Shown: piece by piece, positions 63,074 to 64,000 of the stretch
Numbering within the stretch: position 1 is the stretch's first letter
Layout: the number at the start of each line of letters is the position of its first letter
Source of the DNA: Acidimicrobiales bacterium
GTDB lineage: Bacteria; Actinomycetota; Acidimicrobiia; Acidimicrobiales; JAHEJN01
Assembly: GCA_024638845.1 (NCBI GenBank)
Contig: JAHEJN010000002.1
Span: forward strand, 838 to 64,837
Direction of reading: 5' to 3'
DNA length: 64,000 bases
The notes under the pieces: generated by a model
Databases searched by the model: none
The model's input: only the letters and a program-made list of their open reading frames with translations
Told to the model about the DNA's origin: nothing
Translations under genes and position numbers: made by a program

Positions 63074-63123
63074 CGAAATTGGTTTGCTTCTGCCCACCTG
63101 TGGGCTTGGAGCAACCAATTTCG
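63074..63123 (-). terminator. Long hairpin just after the HAD gene stop
   Basis: CGAAATTGGTTGC...GCCCAC-AG-GTGGGC...GCAAACCAATTTCG: an outer 13-bp arm with one bulge and an inner 6-bp arm. It is AT-richer than its surroundings and has no clear U tract. Confidence 0.4.
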
Positions 63124-63129
63124 CCGATT

Positions 63130-63756
63130 TCAGACGTAGCGGCGGAGGGCTTCCAGTACGTCGTCACCGGTGGTCACCTTCACGGTGGTCATGCCCATGG
63201 CCCGGGCCGACTTGAGGTTGACTCCCAGGTCGTCGAGGAACAGACATCGGGCCGGCGCGACGCCGAGGCGCTCGCAGGCGATCTGGTAGAAGCGCGGGTC
63301 GGGCTTGCGCAACCCGACGAGGCACGACTGCACGATCGTGTCGAAGGCTTCGAACACATCGTGCGCCGACGTGGGGAGAGCGGCGACGTCGAGTGCCTCG
63401 GAGTTGTTGGTGAGCAACGCGGTTGCGATGCCCCGCTGTTGCACCTCCCGAACGGCGGCGATCACCGCCGGGCGCAGCTCGACCTCGAGGCAAGCCAACA
63501 CCGCCGCACCGTCGACGTGGTGCCCGAGCGCGGCGGCCTCGGCCTCGAAGGCGGCGATGAAGCCAGCGGCGTCGAGCTGACCTCGCTCGAGTCGCGACCA
63601 GGCGTTCGTGTCGGGACCGGTGGAGTTGACCAACCGAATGAAGTGCGGGGGTAACCCGGCCCGTGCCTCGTAGTCGGCGAAGTTGTCGAAGGGACTCGTG
63701 GTTAGCACGCCACCCATGTCGAACAGGATCGCGCCCGGACCAGTCACGGCTTGCAC
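63130..63756 (-). CDS. HAD-IA family hydrolase
   Basis: ILFDMGGVL (DxG motif I), LLTNNS, RKPDP, and FLDDLGVNL. Confidence 0.85.
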   Translation of the reverse strand: MQAVTGPGAILFDMGGVLTTSPFDNFADYEARAGLPPHFIRLVNSTGPDTNAWSRLERGQLDAAGFIAAFEAEAAALGHHVDGAAVLACLEVELRPAVIAAVREVQQRGIATALLTNNSEALDVAALPTSAHDVFEAFDTIVQSCLVGLRKPDPRFYQIACERLGVAPARCLFLDDLGVNLKSARAMGMTTVKVTTGDDVLEALRRYV

Positions 63757-63795
63757 ACTACGAGGTCGCGTGCGCCCGCCCGTAGGCTCTCGGGC

Positions 63796-64000
63796 ATGGC
63801 CGCAGAGTTCATCATGACCATGCGCAATCTCGGGCGCTTCGTCCCGCCCGACCGCGACGTGCTGAAAGACATCAACCTGAGCTTCTACCCGGGCGCCAAG
63901 ATCGGCGTGCTCGGCGGCAACGGTGCCGGAAAGTCCACGCTCCTGCGCATCATGGCGGGCCGCGACGAGGACTTCAGCGGCGAGTGCCGCCTCACCCCGG
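63796..64000 (+). CDS. ettA: Energy-dependent translational throttle ABC-F protein, N-terminal fragment (runs off the window)
   Basis: My own translation gives [55 protein letters not shown], which closely parallels the EttA N-terminus. Confidence 0.9.
   Translation, partial: MAAEFIMTMRNLGRFVPPDRDVLKDINLSFYPGAKIGVLGGNGAGKSTLLRIMAGRDEDFSGECRLTP

Noticed and set aside
62845-63114. An 89-aa track ORF on the minus strand spanning the leuA upstream region. The same region was also considered as a possible CRISPR-like array because of its short repeats.
   Set aside because: The ORF overlaps the leuA start. It merely translates the 13-nt repeats (PSAPTISPTHQPQPSA) and is in a different frame from the Leu-rich mini-ORF. 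The repeats are contiguous with no spacers, so this is not a CRISPR array.

Overview
This is a GC-rich, densely coding actinobacterial chromosomal segment. The lineage call rests on WhiB1-like/PdtaS-like genes, a mycofactocin mftA/B/C/F set, long-form LeuA, and a histidine-phosphatase/DUF3090/SCO1664-type triad. I call about 65 CDS, many joined by 4-nt GTGA/ATGA start-stop overlaps. Reading by eye, I found no rRNA, tRNA, CRISPR array, transposase, integrase or obvious foreign island, so this looks like core genome rather than an accessory region.

Gene content, left to right:
- two Cys-containing lipoproteins
- a second type IIA topoisomerase pair in A-then-B order, plus a Cas4/RecB-like nuclease
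- an S1 protease head-to-head with a GIDE-LemA fusion
- TauD, Fpg, a split arrestin-like pair, HtpX, a beta-propeller lipoprotein and a DUF3048 protein
- selD, then scattered menaquinone genes (menE, C, H, D, B, F) interleaved with MarR/ABC, VOC and SRPBCC genes
- map, SDR, enoyl-CoA hydratase, CDF transporter, an FrhB-like Fe-S protein, UDG
- the conserved unknown triad, etfBA, DagK, an M1 peptidase, GDPD
- whiB, pdtaS, paired ArsA/Get3-like ATPases, DUF3107, mrp
- the mft genes, a class II aldolase, an FG-GAP/M23 protein, GSCFA, leuA, HAD, ettA

Most notable hunt results:
1. selD carries an in-frame UGA exactly at the catalytic Cys/Sec position, with SECIS-like hairpins downstream. The ORF track splits the gene there.
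2. There is an unannotated 11-codon Leu-rich leader peptide (MRPSSSLLLLV) with a UUCG-tetraloop terminator upstream of leuA. This looks like a classical attenuator.
3. A 13-nt x4 C-rich tandem repeat lies in the leuA 5' UTR.
4. The mycofactocin locus has mftF/A/B/C but no mftD, mftE or mftR in the window.
5. There are several unusual architectures: the GIDE-LemA fusion, an arrestin-like fold split over two coupled genes, and divergent genes whose start codons overlap.

I do not see a clear-cut novel multi-gene system such as a defence island. All family assignments come from motif recognition by eye; no searches were run.
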